A stretch of DNA of 61,848 bases, filler included, from Choristocarpus tenellus KU-1152 (Eukaryota; Protista; Phaeophyceae), in the NCBI GenBank assembly GCA_964200185.2. It is 10 parts of 10 records of this genome, joined end to end, with 100 filler letters (N's around TTAATTAATTAA, not from the genome) between each part and the next. Parts side by side here need not be neighbours in the genome. Positions count along the whole stretch, not along the records: positions 1 to 3,551 come from CAXNAD020019314.1; positions 3,652 to 18,512 come from CAXNAD020001101.1; 8 more parts are not named here. One strand, written 5' to 3'. Both the position numbers and the translations under genes were made by a program. Shown piece after piece: positions 1-12,583 of this stretch. Positions within the stretch are counted from its first letter, which is position 1; every line of letters starts with the position of its first letter. Below the pieces are notes generated by a model. The model made no database searches. It was given only the letters and a program-made list of their open reading frames with translations, and was not told where the DNA came from.

Positions 1-1285
1 CTACTTGAGCTGGTGAGCACGTGTGAAGTCGCACCTCCCTTCCTTCCACAAATCTACAAGCTTTGGGTAAGCCTCTGTCAACACATGCCAAAGATTTAGG
101 GGGGAGGAGTACTTGTCGTTCCACAATTCTGCCTCGACACGACCGAGAAACACAGCTTTTCTCGCAGCGAGTGCTTCTATGCCTTCGCACACAGTGTCCT
201 CTTAACATTTACCGCCCCGCGGCACAAGCCATCGTGGATTGCCTTGTGCACATAGCAGCGATCGTCAAGTACAATAAGATTTGCAGATTTCCCAGCCCAC
301 ATCGACCTAAAGCCGTAGTCATGAATAACCTGTTGAAGGACACAGGTTCGCACACGATAGTATGGTGATGAGGATAGGTTTGCCGAGCGGAGGAGTTCCT
401 GCGCGCAAGCCTCAAGGAATTGATCTGTCATTCCGACGTTAAACTTACCATCCTCTGACATGGGTAGTTCATCCTCGCTGTCTGCTAATTCCACATCACT
501 CCCCTTGACGTCAGATGATGTGTTGTGGGATGATGAATCCCCACCGCCATGCACTGGAGAGAATATATTGTCCAGCAAGGCTGTAGGCGGAGTCCCACGC
601 ATACGCTTCCCCTTGCGAGTGGGAATGCGTTTTTTTGAAGCATGAGCTCGTGTGGATCCAGAATCCCTGACAACAACAGTATCCCTTTTTTATTTCCGTC
701 GCTTAACGGGGGGGGATCGACAGTATGCATCGACATCCTCGACACCATCCTCAACACTTGAGGATCCGTCATCGCTCTCCCCATCCTGGACTGATTCCAC
801 TTCGGATGTCGGAGTCAATGGCACCCCACCCAATAGGAGCGGGTCCGAGGTCATCATCGGACTCACTTCCAGCCATAACTACAAGAGGGGAGAGCCGCAC
901 ACTCTCCGGCGCGTCTGGAGTGCCGCGAAGTCCCCCGTCCTTTTCTTGCGCGAACTCTTCATCTGGCCAGAACTTGCGACACAATTTCGCCAGCTCATGT
1001 GCGAAGCGTTCGTCCTTGTCGGGGTCACCATTCCCTGACAGCTTGGCAAATGCCATAACCACCCCCCCCTGGCGCACATTCATAGACGACAAGCCATCGT
1101 TGAACGAAGTCTTCAACTTGACCCAAACATCGTCCATGTCAAGGACCCCATGGGTGGTCTTGCCTGGCGCAATGACAACACAGGTGGCACGCCTCGGACC
1201 TGGATCGGCGCGGGAAAGGAATGTCAGGAGTAGAGGTGTTACGAGTATCTTGTGTGTACTGTCGTCTGGTTTGGGGCAAGTGTAA
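1..1285 (-). pseudogene. Decayed intronless ORF of unknown origin (probable transposon or viral relic)
   Basis: Overlapping minus-strand ORF pieces 769-1137 (open upstream to ~1285), 485-784, 177-602 and 1-192 tile end to end through frameshifts. The composition is protein-like and no introns are needed. No family recognised. Confidence 0.35.
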
Positions 1286-2089
1286 TTTTTTGTTGTAGCC
1301 TGTGGTGTTCAAACCCCTACAACAGCCCTTAAGGCGAGCTCGTTAGAAATTAATGTGTGGAAGTGAGGAACATGCACTATCGAGGCCGGGGTCTATGACT
1401 TGTGTTCTTGTTCCACACGAAATTGTTATGGTTGTCTTTGACATTTTCGAAACGTGTGTTGTGGGGGGGGGGGGGGGGGGGGGCGCAACGGGGGGGGGGT
1501 TGTGGTGAAGTGCGGGGAGCAGACGCGAACCGTGGATGTGTACGTTGAAACTCCAGAGAAAGTAACTTAATGGGTTCTATATCATTATCCATTGCAAGTG
1601 TGAAAAACATTATGGTACTAATGTCATGTGTAACTCTGATTCCTTAAAATGAAGAAATTAGAAATTCCAGGGCTGTTGCTAATATCATTATCTATGTAAT
1701 CACTATGTCGGTCTCAGGGGTCGTGGGAAAAAACATTCAGAGGATAAACAATTAGACAATGCTCGATACACACAGTATTAAGAGGCAGAAAATGCAGGGG
1801 TCCATCCCCCATTAAAGATGTTACATAATTGTGGTACACACACATATATCTAGGAGAGACAATTTGATTGACATTGCTCCACCATTCTGAACTTTAACAA
1901 AAAATGTGCATAGGCTCACTCACACAAGCACCCCTTCCATCCTATACACACATACATATTAAAGTACCACATGTAGGCAAATGACCTTAAAATGTAATTA
2001 CATGATTATAGTGCGGAGAGGGGGTTGCGTGTCAATACACTATGGTATACTTGACTAAAATATATTTCAGGTCTGATGGTTGTTCTTCA

Positions 2090-3551
2090 CTAAGGTAGAA
2101 AGAAACGACCCATTGCTCCTCCATCTCTGTTCCCAATATCATCATACAGTGAAACGTTTATTTTGGCACGCTTGACTTCACCTTCTAGTCCTTGGGGGAG
2201 GGCAACACCATTGGAGCCTTCCACGATCTTTACGAAGACGTAACCCTTTTCAACACCTTTCAGGATCAATCTCCTTCCCACCTTTGAAACACAGGGGTGG
2301 GGCGGACTTTTGAAGTGAAAATGTGTTCATTTTTACACAGACCAGAGCCTCTACACATTGACACCGAATACGGACACGAGCACAAGAATGTTTGCCAAAG
2401 GATATACTCATGTGATAAAGTCGGGAGGGTAAACCGTCAGCATCAAACAAATTACCTCTTCCGATAGGATGTATGGGTCTTTCGCGTCCTCGGTAGATTG
2501 GGGGTTGGAATTCCCTGCCACAGTGGACTTCATTCCGTGCTCATCAAGCAGTTTGAGTTCGTTGATCTTCATCGACGCCACCTCAAGAACAGCCTGCTCT
2601 ATGAACACCTCCTTCATGTGCATACGCTTGGCGTATGGATTTCTCTGTCTTTCAGAGACGAAGGGGAGTTCGTCCGTGTCGCATCCGGATGCGCTGGCCT
2701 CCTTCACAACTTCTTCCTTGCATTCTAGCTTGCCTTTCCCGGAAGGTTTCTTGGTCTTAATGGTGTTCTCTTTCTTTGAACAAACACCCTTCAGAGTTCT
2801 GGAGAACTGCAAGAGGCGATTTGCGTACAGAGTGGCCAAGGACAGAAGTAGGATCTTGTGAGCGTTTTAGTCTTTGTGTAAGTACTTTGGCATGTGATCA
2901 GGTTATGTTGTGTAGTGCAGAATGTGATATCAATGTCGTAAAAGTGCCATAACCAGGAGATAAGAATGCTCGCACGTTTTTGATTGTCTGTGTACTAAAG
3001 GGGTACAATGTACAAAAATCATCTGTGTATGGGGTCGATGATGAACCCACGCGGATTCGGGGCTTACCCATTCTTCTGGAAAACTGTCTTTTCCCACCAC
3101 GTAAGACAGGGAGAGCAGGTCAGTTGGCAACTTTTCCGCAGCCTTCTCTGTGAACACACCTGCGGCTGTCTCCACGATGTCCTTCCACGTATAGCCTCCC
3201 AGAGTGTCCTCTCCAAGGATGTCAAGGCCTTTGACGCTCAAAACATCTGTGCGCATTCGTACAAAGTATTGCATCCTGGCTTGCTTTTGGAGCTACGCAC
3301 AAAGGAAGACAAGAATGTTGTGTTTGGGAACGGTGGCGTCACCATGTCATGCTACGTACGGAAAACCAAACTTGTGAGGGCAGTGACAGTCGCCGTCCAG
3401 TGTGAGAACAACACGGATCCTTCATCGTTAACATGTAAATGTGCACTACGTATGGAATATACAACATCAGCAGGACACGGGAATTTGTACCACTCGCAAG
3501 GAGAAAGGTCCACAACAGAGTTTCTGAGTCATTGACCACACGTTTTTGATT
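2090..3551 (-). pseudogene. Second decayed intronless ORF, same orientation
   Basis: Minus-strand pieces 2930-3274, 2408-2839 and 2090-2281. The last two share a frame broken by in-frame stops. Truncated by the contig end. Confidence 0.35.
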
Positions 3552-3651
3552 NNNNNNNNNNNNNNNNNNNNNNNNNNNNNNNNNNNNNNNNNNNNTTAAT
3601 TAATTAANNNNNNNNNNNNNNNNNNNNNNNNNNNNNNNNNNNNNNNNNNNN
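3552..3651. other. Artificial contig-joining spacer, first of nine
   Basis: 44 N + TTAATTAATTAA (stops in all six frames) + 44 N. Identical copies at 18513-18612, 27418-27517, 38183-38282, 41638-41737, 45461-45560, 50386-50485, 54632-54731 and 58442-58541. Confidence 0.98.
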
Positions 3652-3661
3652 CCCCCCCAGG

Positions 3662-5367
3662 TACTTTTCCCCCTCAAGATTAAGTGTAACATAACATTTT
3701 CAGCCCAGATTGAAAAAGCAAGATTTTCTTCACACTTCCATTTTTTTGGTGACGTATTGCCCTTAAACTGAAAGGTTGCCCACCAAAATCTCAACCAAAA
3801 TATGACAGTTGACACCTATCTATAATTCGCCCATTGAAGCCCTCCAGAACACATCGTTCCAGCATGGTATTTTGCCGCATCCACAGAGGCATTTGGGGGG
3901 AGTTTGCCCGCCTTCTCAGCCTTTTCCTAGCTAAGATGGGGAATTTTGATGACGCCTGTGAACCCCAGCACTTCACTGCAGACTGCAAAGAGGCTCTGCA
4001 AAACACGATCTGGTGTCTCCCGGGTTACACATCAAACTCCTCCATTGTGGCCTCCACCAGCTCTCTGTGTTGATCTCTCCCATGTCTTCCTTCGGTTTCT
4101 GGATGGAATGAAAGAATCCCATGTTGTTGATGTTGAGGTTAAATGAGTTGGCTGGCTGAGTCTTTGTGACAACGTTTCCCTCCGCCTCCTCCATTTCCTC
4201 CATGTCCTCCCCCTCAGTGTGTACCTTTGTCTCATCCTACTGCACGAAGATGGTGTATCCCTCCAGCCTAGACATGCAGGCCTTGATTGCCGAGATGACA
4301 TCCTCGATCATGAGGTTGATATACCTCTCTCCGTCCACTATGGCTGGCACAATCACCTCGGTGTCCTTGGGGCAGTGTTTGCTGGAGCGTGGAGAGACCT
4401 TAGTGTCCATGATTGGCCAGATCCCGATTTTCCCATCGAACCACACCCTGTTGGGGAGCTTCCTAGGGTGGGTCACAGCTGCAAGGAACATCATCTTCAT
4501 AATGTAACGCTTATTCTGTGCATGTGGGGGGGTTGTGAGGATGCTCTGTGGGGTGCAGGTACACACCTTGCCCGCCTTTGATGTATAACCACTTCTCCTG
4601 CTTGTGCACCCAGTCATACAGATGGTCCACAACTAGCCCATTTCCTACCCTCCTGCGAGTGTGGGTGATGACAAAACCCATGATGCTGATTTCCTGCTGG
4701 TTTGAGAGGACTGGCTTAATCCACTGCTTGACTTACCTTCTTGTGATTGCACAGATCCCACAACAAGACGAGCGAGACCCCAGCTTTGGTCGCCCATATG
4801 CCGAAGAATGTGCGGTGTACTGATGGGATATCTCACACATCAAGGGTATTTGTACGGTGGCCAAATCACCCCTTGCCATGTCATTCAAGGTTCCATGCAT
4901 TCACCCCGTGTGATCTGGCTGTGATACTCCCTCAGATGATGGAAGAAGTTGATTGGGGAAATTTCAAAGTCCTCCTTATGGCTGCTTGTGTCCCCTAAAG
5001 CTTCTGAGTCTCACGTCACAACACTGTTCTATGTCGGGGTGTTTGAGTCCGAACCCTGGATTGACTTCCGTGTCGAAGAATTGGAACTGAAGGGCAAGTC
5101 ACTCGAATGAGAGGGGGCCTTTGTCCTAGGTACAATTTGCACCTACTTTGACAATCTCACGAAATTTTTTTGAACCCCGTCCAATGCGACTTGGTCGAAT
5201 TTGAACTGGTGATCCTCCACATTCGTGACAGCCCATCATCTCAAACTTTACACGCCTCTCAATCTACATGAGAACTATGCCTTGTCGAGAGGGTTGATTA
5301 TGTGGGCTGTTCCCAGGCGAGAACAGAGCTTACAAGAGTTAGGTTACATTTAATTCTGAACAAAGTA
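3662..5367 (-). mobile_element. Degenerate near full-length Tc1/mariner element, plant-mariner-like (DD39D-type motifs)
   Basis: Minus-strand motifs KMMFLAAV..PR, WFDGKIGIWP, IFVQ*D, QPANS.NLNINN.GFFHSIQ with stops and frameshifts. Degenerate TIRs at 3662-3695 and 5338-5367, both ending at TA. Homologous to the copy at 41738-43398. Confidence 0.85.
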
Positions 5368-5866
5368 TATATTTTTTACTTCAGAGTAAATTTGTGATTG
5401 AGCAAAATGTGAAGATGATGTTTCTGTTCATGAACGCATTCATCAATATCTTGTTGATGGAATGCGTTTCCAACTCCAGTTTCTCTTGCAGTGTAACCAC
5501 CAACAACAACATGACACACAATAGTAGGTTACGTTTACAAGGGACCAAAAAAGGTCAACATGAAATATGCAAGTGAGTGTGTCAGGTAGGTAGTACATAG
5601 TGAACGCTCGAAGTAGGTGGAAGTAGAAATTTGACTTACGGTATACAGTGGTTGGCCTAGAATTAGTATTCACCACGCTAACTGTAATAGTGTCCCCCAA
5701 CTCTCTATGCGTCTGTGTATTCTGGCTTGTAGTGTATCCTCTTCTTCTGAATCGTAGCGATTCAATCACCCTGACTTGATTGTATTGAGATATTTGACAT
5801 TAGAACCAACTGGTACAATTTAACATACTGTTTGTATGTTATATGATTCATGTGTGTTCTATACTA

Positions 5867-6217
5867 TTGGCAGTCGCCTCTAGGATCAGACTGATCCTGA
5901 TTTTTTTTCAAGAGGTTGCCCTACGAGATAATCGACATCAGCATATCCAATGAAAGCTCTTGTTCTAAGCTATCGATTTCTGGACAGAAATTCTTCGGCA
6001 AAAATATTTTGGTAAGACCTTGGTTAATTTAACCGAATGTTTTCGGCACAACCTTACAAAATGTTTCGGAAGGAATTATCACGACAAAAAATAGCTGTGG
6101 CGAAGAATTTCTGTGCGGAAATCGATAGCTTAGATCAAGAGCTTTCATTCAATATGCTGATCGTCGATTAACTCGTTGGATAACCTTTTGAAAAATATCA
6201 AGATTGGTAACCGCCAA
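5867..6217. repeat. Foldback / long-TIR non-autonomous element
   Basis: Arms ~5895-5996 and ~6101-6203 are imperfect reverse complements (gaaagctcttgttctaagctatcgatttc versus gaaatcgatagcttagatcaagagctttc) around a ~100 nt spacer. Confidence 0.8.
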
Positions 6218-6289
6218 AACGATGCGTGGGTGGGCCTCGGCTTCATACTGTTTAACCCACTCACAGGACACTGTGACGCCCAATTAGCT

Positions 6290-6598
6290 CCGAATTATCG
6301 CCTGCCCCTCACAGGACATTGTGAACTGAACCCGATAGAGATGGTCTGGGGGCTGGCGAAGCACTATGTACGAGGCCACTGTGACTATATGTTGCATGGA
6401 ATAAGAGTCAACATTCCTGTCAGCCTTAAGGAGGAAGAGGGGCTGTCCAGACTAATAGTGGAGAGGTTCTTCAGGATGAGTATTGCTTACTACCTCATAT
6501 ATTCCAACGAGAAAGGCATGGAGTGCACCAAATTGGACAGGGTGTACAGGACATTTAAGTCTCACAGGAGGTCTGCAACTTCACAATACCTCATTTGA
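6290..6598 (+). mobile_element. IS630/Tc1-superfamily DDE transposase C-terminal fragment
   Basis: GHCELNPIEMVWGLAKHYVRGHCDY...RFFR matches the (F)HCELNPIE.VW..AK...R..CDY motif around the catalytic Glu. The N-terminal part is missing. Confidence 0.75.
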
Positions 6599-7332
6599 AT
6601 TGGCATGGATTGTCTGGTTCAGAGGCCTGGGCCCCCATGAGTGAGCTTTAGTTAGTAGATGACAACATCGCATAAACCGGAAATAATGGAAAAATAATAG
6701 AGAGGCAACAACGCCCATGTTCTCGGGGTGAAGATGATCTCTTCTGGCGTCAAAATCATCCTCAAATGCGCGATTCGCGCGCTCCACGTGGCAGTTCCCC
6801 GCGTGAATTGTACGCGCGGCCTACTTCATTTAAGTATGGTGTTGTATTTCTGATGATTACTGCAAGTTGACCAACCAAGACCCATCAAATAAGGTTAAGC
6901 ATGCTGATGCGATTACAGCAAACGAATTTTCATGAAAAAAATTGTTGTTGATCAATAGTTATTATAGTACAAAGTTGATGCAGGAGGCGACTGCCAACAC
7001 TGTACAGACTCTGGTAGAATTTCCTCGTGACAGTCAGCATTTCATATGTCCAGGTTCTTCCAGTACAGGTACTTTACGATTCAAATATTCTGATCAAATA
7101 ACACTACACAAGGTTTTAGTGAGTGGGTGTATCATATCTACATGCTCCCCAAAACCTTTCGAAACACTAATCAACTACTTTTTGTATTTGATTCGATGAA
7201 GGAAGATATTTGGGAATTTGGTTCTCTACCTGTCAAGAGTATGTGTTTTATTCATGTGTAAAAGTATATTCTGTAGAAGAAACAATCTAAGGATGAAGAG
7301 ACGATGACTGTGTTCTGAAGGATAGATAATTT

Positions 7333-7392
7333 ACCCTCTCTTATATCCCGTTTCTCTTATATCAAACTCTCTTATATAGGTACACCCACTAC
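7333..7392 (-). repeat. Possible orphan pogo/Tigger-like terminal repeat
   Basis: Three spaced copies of TCTCTTATAT followed by ggtacacccactac, resembling reiterated transposase-binding motifs. No partner end was found. Confidence 0.3.
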
Positions 7393-7467
7393 ATATTCAA
7401 GTGCGAAGTAATTCAATATTAATAAATTCTAAAATGGGAATGTGCATCTAGTTCTAATTTTTCGGAA

Positions 7468-7555
7468 ATCTGAAGTATCGGGGGGGGGGGGGGGGGGGGT
7501 GGGCCTAGGAGAGCGGTTTTTATTTTGGTTTTTACAGAGAATGTTTGTTTGGTGT

Positions 7556-7598
<43 letters not shown>

Positions 7599-7745
7599 CT
7601 ATCCATTTGGGGCCAATTTTTTCATGTCGCCATTTTTGGGTGATTTGGTTGCATATGACGAATGGATAATGCAAGTGCACTTTTCCTGTTTACGTCCCAA
7701 ATGGATACCCTGGTGTAGACCCCCCACCTCACAGATACTTTGGGT
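7468..7745. mobile_element. MITE family C (G-rich, TIR approximately GACCCAAAGTATCT)
   Basis: Ends tctgaagtatcg and cagatactttgggtc. The internal ccatttggggNcaatt...ggtgtagacccc block is shared with copies at 18613-18704, 54605-54631, 54732-54830, 58273-58441, 61102-61280 and 61810-61848. Confidence 0.75.
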
Positions 7746-8580
7746 CGGACATAAACAAGGTGGAAAGGAGCATTCTTCTTGTGGACAAGGGAGCAAATTC
7801 AGAAGTAATCTGTTCCAATTTTTGTGAATGAGAGAAACCCCCCTGTATTATTGGATTCATCGTTATCCAGCACTGGGATACCAACCGGCCCTAGCGTACC
7901 AAATGGCAAGACATCCTGTCTTCTCCATATAACAAACCTACACCAAAAATATTACAATTCATTCCTATAAGAATCTAGATATACCTGCAACAACCTAGCT
8001 GATGATGCGGTGCAGTACTGGTACTCAAGTCTACCTCCATACAATCATCTCACAGGTGTATTGACTGACTGCCTATATATGTGTACTTGACTAAGGTTAA
8101 TACCTAGTATGTGCTTCATACATATCTATCTACGCTCAAGTGCCTCCATACATCGGATATATGGTATCAGTCCCACCCCTTCTCTCCTACTACATCTCAG
8201 GATGGCAGGAATACCATAGCAATGCAGTGTGCTCTGTTGTGCTAAACCACAATACAGTGGTACAGAGCAAACATCATGCCTCCCTCTGCACTGTGGTCGC
8301 TTCATGCTGCATGTTATGGTATGATCACAAGAACAGTGCTTTAACATGCCAACCACTCTTGTGAAATACTCGTTTTTCGACTACCTCGGCGAAAGGACTG
8401 CCTGGGTCATATTGGGTTCATAGTTCATCCCATTTCCTGGGGCCTCTTGCCCCACCATCTACATTCAGATCTAAGACCCAGCTAATCAATATGCGTCCAA
8501 GATTATTGTTGGGTCCTGTGCCAAGGTTGGAGGGAGGAGAGTCCCACCTCCACATGAACAAACTCTACAACTGCAAAATC

Positions 8581-8970
8581 TTAGAGTATCACCACTGACA
8601 GGAACCAAGAGATTCCAGTGAGTGCAGTCACCAAAATGGACAACTTGCCCATCCCATATAGTCCGTTATAACTCTCCAGCAGTCCACTTTGCAGTGCAAC
8701 ACCACTGCTCTTCTCGCATAACCCCTCTACATGCTCATATTCTAAGCTCGAACCTCCAACAGTAAACTCAATCCATTCTTCACACTCATCATTGGTACAC
8801 CAGATGCGCAAATAGATTGTGCGATTGGCGAGCATGAGCTCCAGATTGGGGGACCAGGTGCTCTGGATAGTAGCGGCCCAGAGCTCTCGTTTGTTTGATA
8901 CAAAAAATACGTGATCCAGTTCATACTCATTGCCATCTGAACCAATCCACTGCACTAGTTCATAAGGCAA
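8581..8970 (-). CDS. Hypothetical coding exon or pseudogene fragment
   Basis: 129-codon ORF of protein-like composition preceded by a pyrimidine tract and AG on the minus strand. No recognisable domain, and neighbouring exons could not be chained. Confidence 0.25.
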   Translation of the reverse strand: MPYELVQWIGSDGNEYELDHVFFVSNKRELWAATIQSTWSPNLELMLANRTIYLRIWCTNDECEEWIEFTVGGSSLEYEHVEGLCEKSSGVALQSGLLESYNGLYGMGKLSILVTALTGISWFLSVVIL

Positions 8971-10392
8971 GCAGGCCCAATCAAAGAGAGAGTTGGGGTT
9001 GGAGGACAGCAGGGAAGTGAGGTGAGGGCTTCAATATTAGGTGGTGGTGAGAGCTAGTATTCTAATGGAAACAAGGAAGTACTTGGATTTCAAGACTGCA
9101 TATATCACTCTAGTAAGAATAAAACATGGTACATATTTTCACTTTTTGGGGGTCGAGAAGGTTGCACAGTGAACACAATACATTATTGTCTCAATGAGAC
9201 ACACAAGCTATCCTACTGGCGTAGCTAGGTCCCTTTATGCATGCCCTAGCCCTCAATATCCCAAATTACCAACATCTTGGCATGGATCATTTCCTAAGAT
9301 ACACCGTGGTGCTAAACACTAACACTAAGCCCATTCCACTATTTCTGGCGTGGATAGAGCTCCAACTGCGCATTGTGTCCAAATGAAGCATTCTAAGTGC
9401 GTGTGTTCAAGGACAGTGGTATAAATATCTATAGTTCAGAGTTCCATATATTCCAGGGGGGGTAGTTTCGTTCATGCCATCCCTTGGCCGACTCTCTATC
9501 ATGATTTCTTCATTCAGCAGTTTCCCAGCCATGCAAGTAGTTGCATCAAGAGTTTCTTCCCCTGCACAAATGGTGGTAATGGGACACACCTATCTAGTGG
9601 TGAGTTGGTTGAGTCGCTCCACCTGTTTCTGTTCGATTAGACTCTTCCAGTTCTATCGAACAGTTACGGTAAAATATGTTCGAAGAAAAGGAACAATCAA
9701 TTAGTGGTTAAGTCATATCACAACCTTTTACTAGTGATTAGTTCTACGAGAATTCTTCTCATGTAAAAGGAAATATTTCTGATTTTTTGGGGGTATTGCA
9801 TGCCTCACTTAACATTAATTCATCACTCTACAGACATCACGCAATCTTGCTGGGTTTATCACCTTCATCCTCTTTGATGATTTGGGAAATAGGTTAACAC
9901 AATATATTGGACCTTAGGTTTCTAACCCATCATATCACCATGTCTACACGAGGAGATGTGTTTCAAGAATTGCGTCAACCTGTTCCTTCCAAGGGTCCAT
10001 CTGTCCAATAATTCAGACAGATTGTGGCGACGGTAGCGGAGTTGTCAAGAAACCTTGGCAATCTCATGGATCAGTCTGAAAGAGCACTCGTGTTGAGGTT
10101 TGTCTATTTGTAGTACCACAGTGCCATCCGACTGCTGTCTTTGTTTTTCATAGAGCACAGGACCCCCCGCATGCTCATTTTACAAATGTGACTAACACCA
10201 ACCAGACTGAAACAAGAGCTGCACCAGATTGATATGTGGGAATAACCCCCCCACTCTACCTGCTGATCAACTTCCACAAGGAGAAATATTTGTACGCAGG
10301 GTTGGCCTTGATCACTACCACATCAAGGAATGCACCTTCACAACAACTCTGACTCATCCATCGCCTGGATTCAGTCTTCTCTTTCCAAACAT

Positions 10393-10443
10393 CACACACA
10401 CACACACACACACACAGACACACACACACACACACACACACAC
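10393..10443. repeat. (AC)n microsatellite
   Basis: Directly visible. Other simple repeats: (TTCTC)n ~18424-18457, (GATGT)n ~24432-24456, (TGTATGCCT)x3 ~34008-34039, (GT)n ~39860-39891, (AAT)n ~40103-40125, (TCTG)n/(TATG)n ~60885-60960. Confidence 0.95.
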
Positions 10444-11935
10444 CAGTGGGGAGTCTGTCTGTAGAAACTATCAACTACGAATAGTACTAGGACTACAATA
10501 CTTCAAGGTATGTGATGAACATATCTGTACTGAACATCCCTGTCTTCAAACCATTCACTGACAGTGACTGCAATATCTGTAAACTAACTACCCTATATAT
10601 CACATGGTACATACATAGTATGTATTGTATTCCCACAGTCTACCCAACCTTCAGCGGCAGCATTCACTCATTCCCATACTCAATCATACTATGGATTTGC
10701 TCAAGATGGTGGTGTACTGTTTGTTGTGTGTTTACTGCTACTGGGGATGCCGTAAAATTGCGACCTTCACCCCCCCCAGGTGAGGTTGGAGGTCATTTGG
10801 ACTTGAACACCTTGTTCTTGCTTGATGAGCTCTGTAAAGAACGAAGGGAGACCTACTCCACCTTGCCCGGGTCTAAGGTTGTAGGCAGAAAGGGCAGACC
10901 GCTCATGTTCAACGCTTTGTGTCTGCTTCTTGGACAGTACATCCGGTACCAGTTAGGATGGGCGAGGTGGTGCTATTGTTTGGCATCTGATGTGGTGCCA
11001 GGATGGTTGCAGCGGAGAAGATGATGTTGGGATGGATGTAGATGCTAGAACTAGCTGCACCCACACTCGCGATTCGACATCCTCGTCTGTCTTCGGGGCT
11101 TGTAGAATCTACTGACATGGAGGAGGGAATGGTTGAGAGTAAATATTTAGGATCTGAATTTTGAAAGACTTTTCACCGGTGTGGCCAAGTGGTAAGGAGT
11201 ATATGGAGAAGGGTAAGCGGTGTGGAGATGAGGGTTTGGCAAGAAGATGTACATAGAGAGAAATCATAGACTTCATACATTCCACATTTCACATTCCACA
11301 TTCCACACGCGTCAAAAGAGAGTGCCAAGCCAACCAGGTTCTATGGTAGGTCTCACACCTCATGCGATGCATCCTCCGGTTGATGAAGTGCCCCCTCTCA
11401 CAGATGTAGAGGTGTTGTTGTCGCTGAGGACAAAGGCGGCGCTTGTGCAAGGGCAATGAGACCCCACACCCGGTACTCAATCTCTGCGTCTATAGCAGTC
11501 GCGTCTTTCTTATGCTGCTTGAGAGGGGGGGGAGGATGGGGAGGGAAATGATAAATATGGAAAAGAAGGTAGGGAGTTCTGTCAATGTGTTTTGTTTGCA
11601 AAAGTGTAAGACAAGTTGTGGACCCAAGTCTGACCTCAAAGGCTAAGCCTGTGGCATTCGTACAACTGGTGCTAATAGCCAGACCTCTCTTGAGGAAGGC
11701 ACACAGTATGTGAGGTCATTACTCATGACACATCCACAACAACGCACTTGAGCGAGAGGAGAGGAATATTCTAATCAGTACTTGGGGAAGACATGTTTTG
11801 AATTTGAGCAGCACCATCATAGTTTCGTGGTCAAGGTGTGACCGAATCCTCATTGAGTGAGAGCATCAGAGCAAGGTGAAGAAGTGATGTTCAACATTTT
11901 TCTCAGTTACACAGTATGTACACTGTTTGGCTTAC

Positions 11936-12583
11936 CCTGACTACCCGCTTTGACCTCCTGCGCCGCATGAGCCTCAGGTAGTAGGCCGCCACAGAAAGAA
12001 GGGTCACGAGAGCCATGGAGACGTTGGTCACGTCAGCACTTCCTCCTGTCACCTCTCTCCAATTGCACGGTTGGTGTTTCGGGCAGAGTAGTGAGGGCGG
12101 TGCTGGCATGTGCACGAACCTGGTGATATCCGAGACTGACCTCTCGATGGAAGACCTGTGAGTGAGTGAAAAGGGTTGTCGGAAATTGTTTGGTAAGCGT
12201 CTTGTCAATGAGAGGATATGACTTCCGACCCGAGACCCTAAGGGTGTACGAGTCATGTGAGTTGTTGAATTTTCTCGCCTCTTGTCATGGAAGTGGTCTC
12301 TCCATATCTCGAGGCGTGATGGCGGCTTCACGGGTGTTCTCGGATGTGGGCGGAATAAGCTCTTGAGCTGTTTCGCCTTGGAACTGACGAAGCTCTTAAT
12401 CTCGGTTCCTAAACACTTGACCGACGTCTTGATCTTTGTCACCGCAGAGCGAAAGGAGACCTTGATCCCGAACGCCTTTGTCGCCTGTGGAGTTTCGGCG
12501 GGCTCATGCCATATGGTTCGGATGATCTTGATCGACTGGGCATCGAAAAAGGCTTTGAAGGCCCTCATCGGTGCCCACACCAT
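11936..12583 (-). CDS. Large exon of a hypothetical single-pass membrane protein, possibly a pseudogene
   Basis: About 216 open codons with a pyrimidine tract + CAG upstream and an AGG|GTAAGC donor. The hydrophobic segment VSMALVTLLSVAAYYL is followed by basic RLMRRRRSKR. Confidence 0.45.

Noticed and set aside
3596-3607. TTAATTAATTAA palindrome recurring nine times as a biological motif
   Set aside because: It is always centred in exactly 44+44 N, so it is a synthetic six-frame stop linker. ORFs ending in X runs are artefacts.
7429-7827. Poly-Gly or poly-Pro ORFs
   Set aside because: They are translations of G homopolymers inside a MITE.
11398-11400. Selenocysteine or stop-codon recoding
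   Set aside because: There is no redox motif or visible SECIS, a TAA also interrupts the next exon, and the well-supported genes here read through without internal stops.
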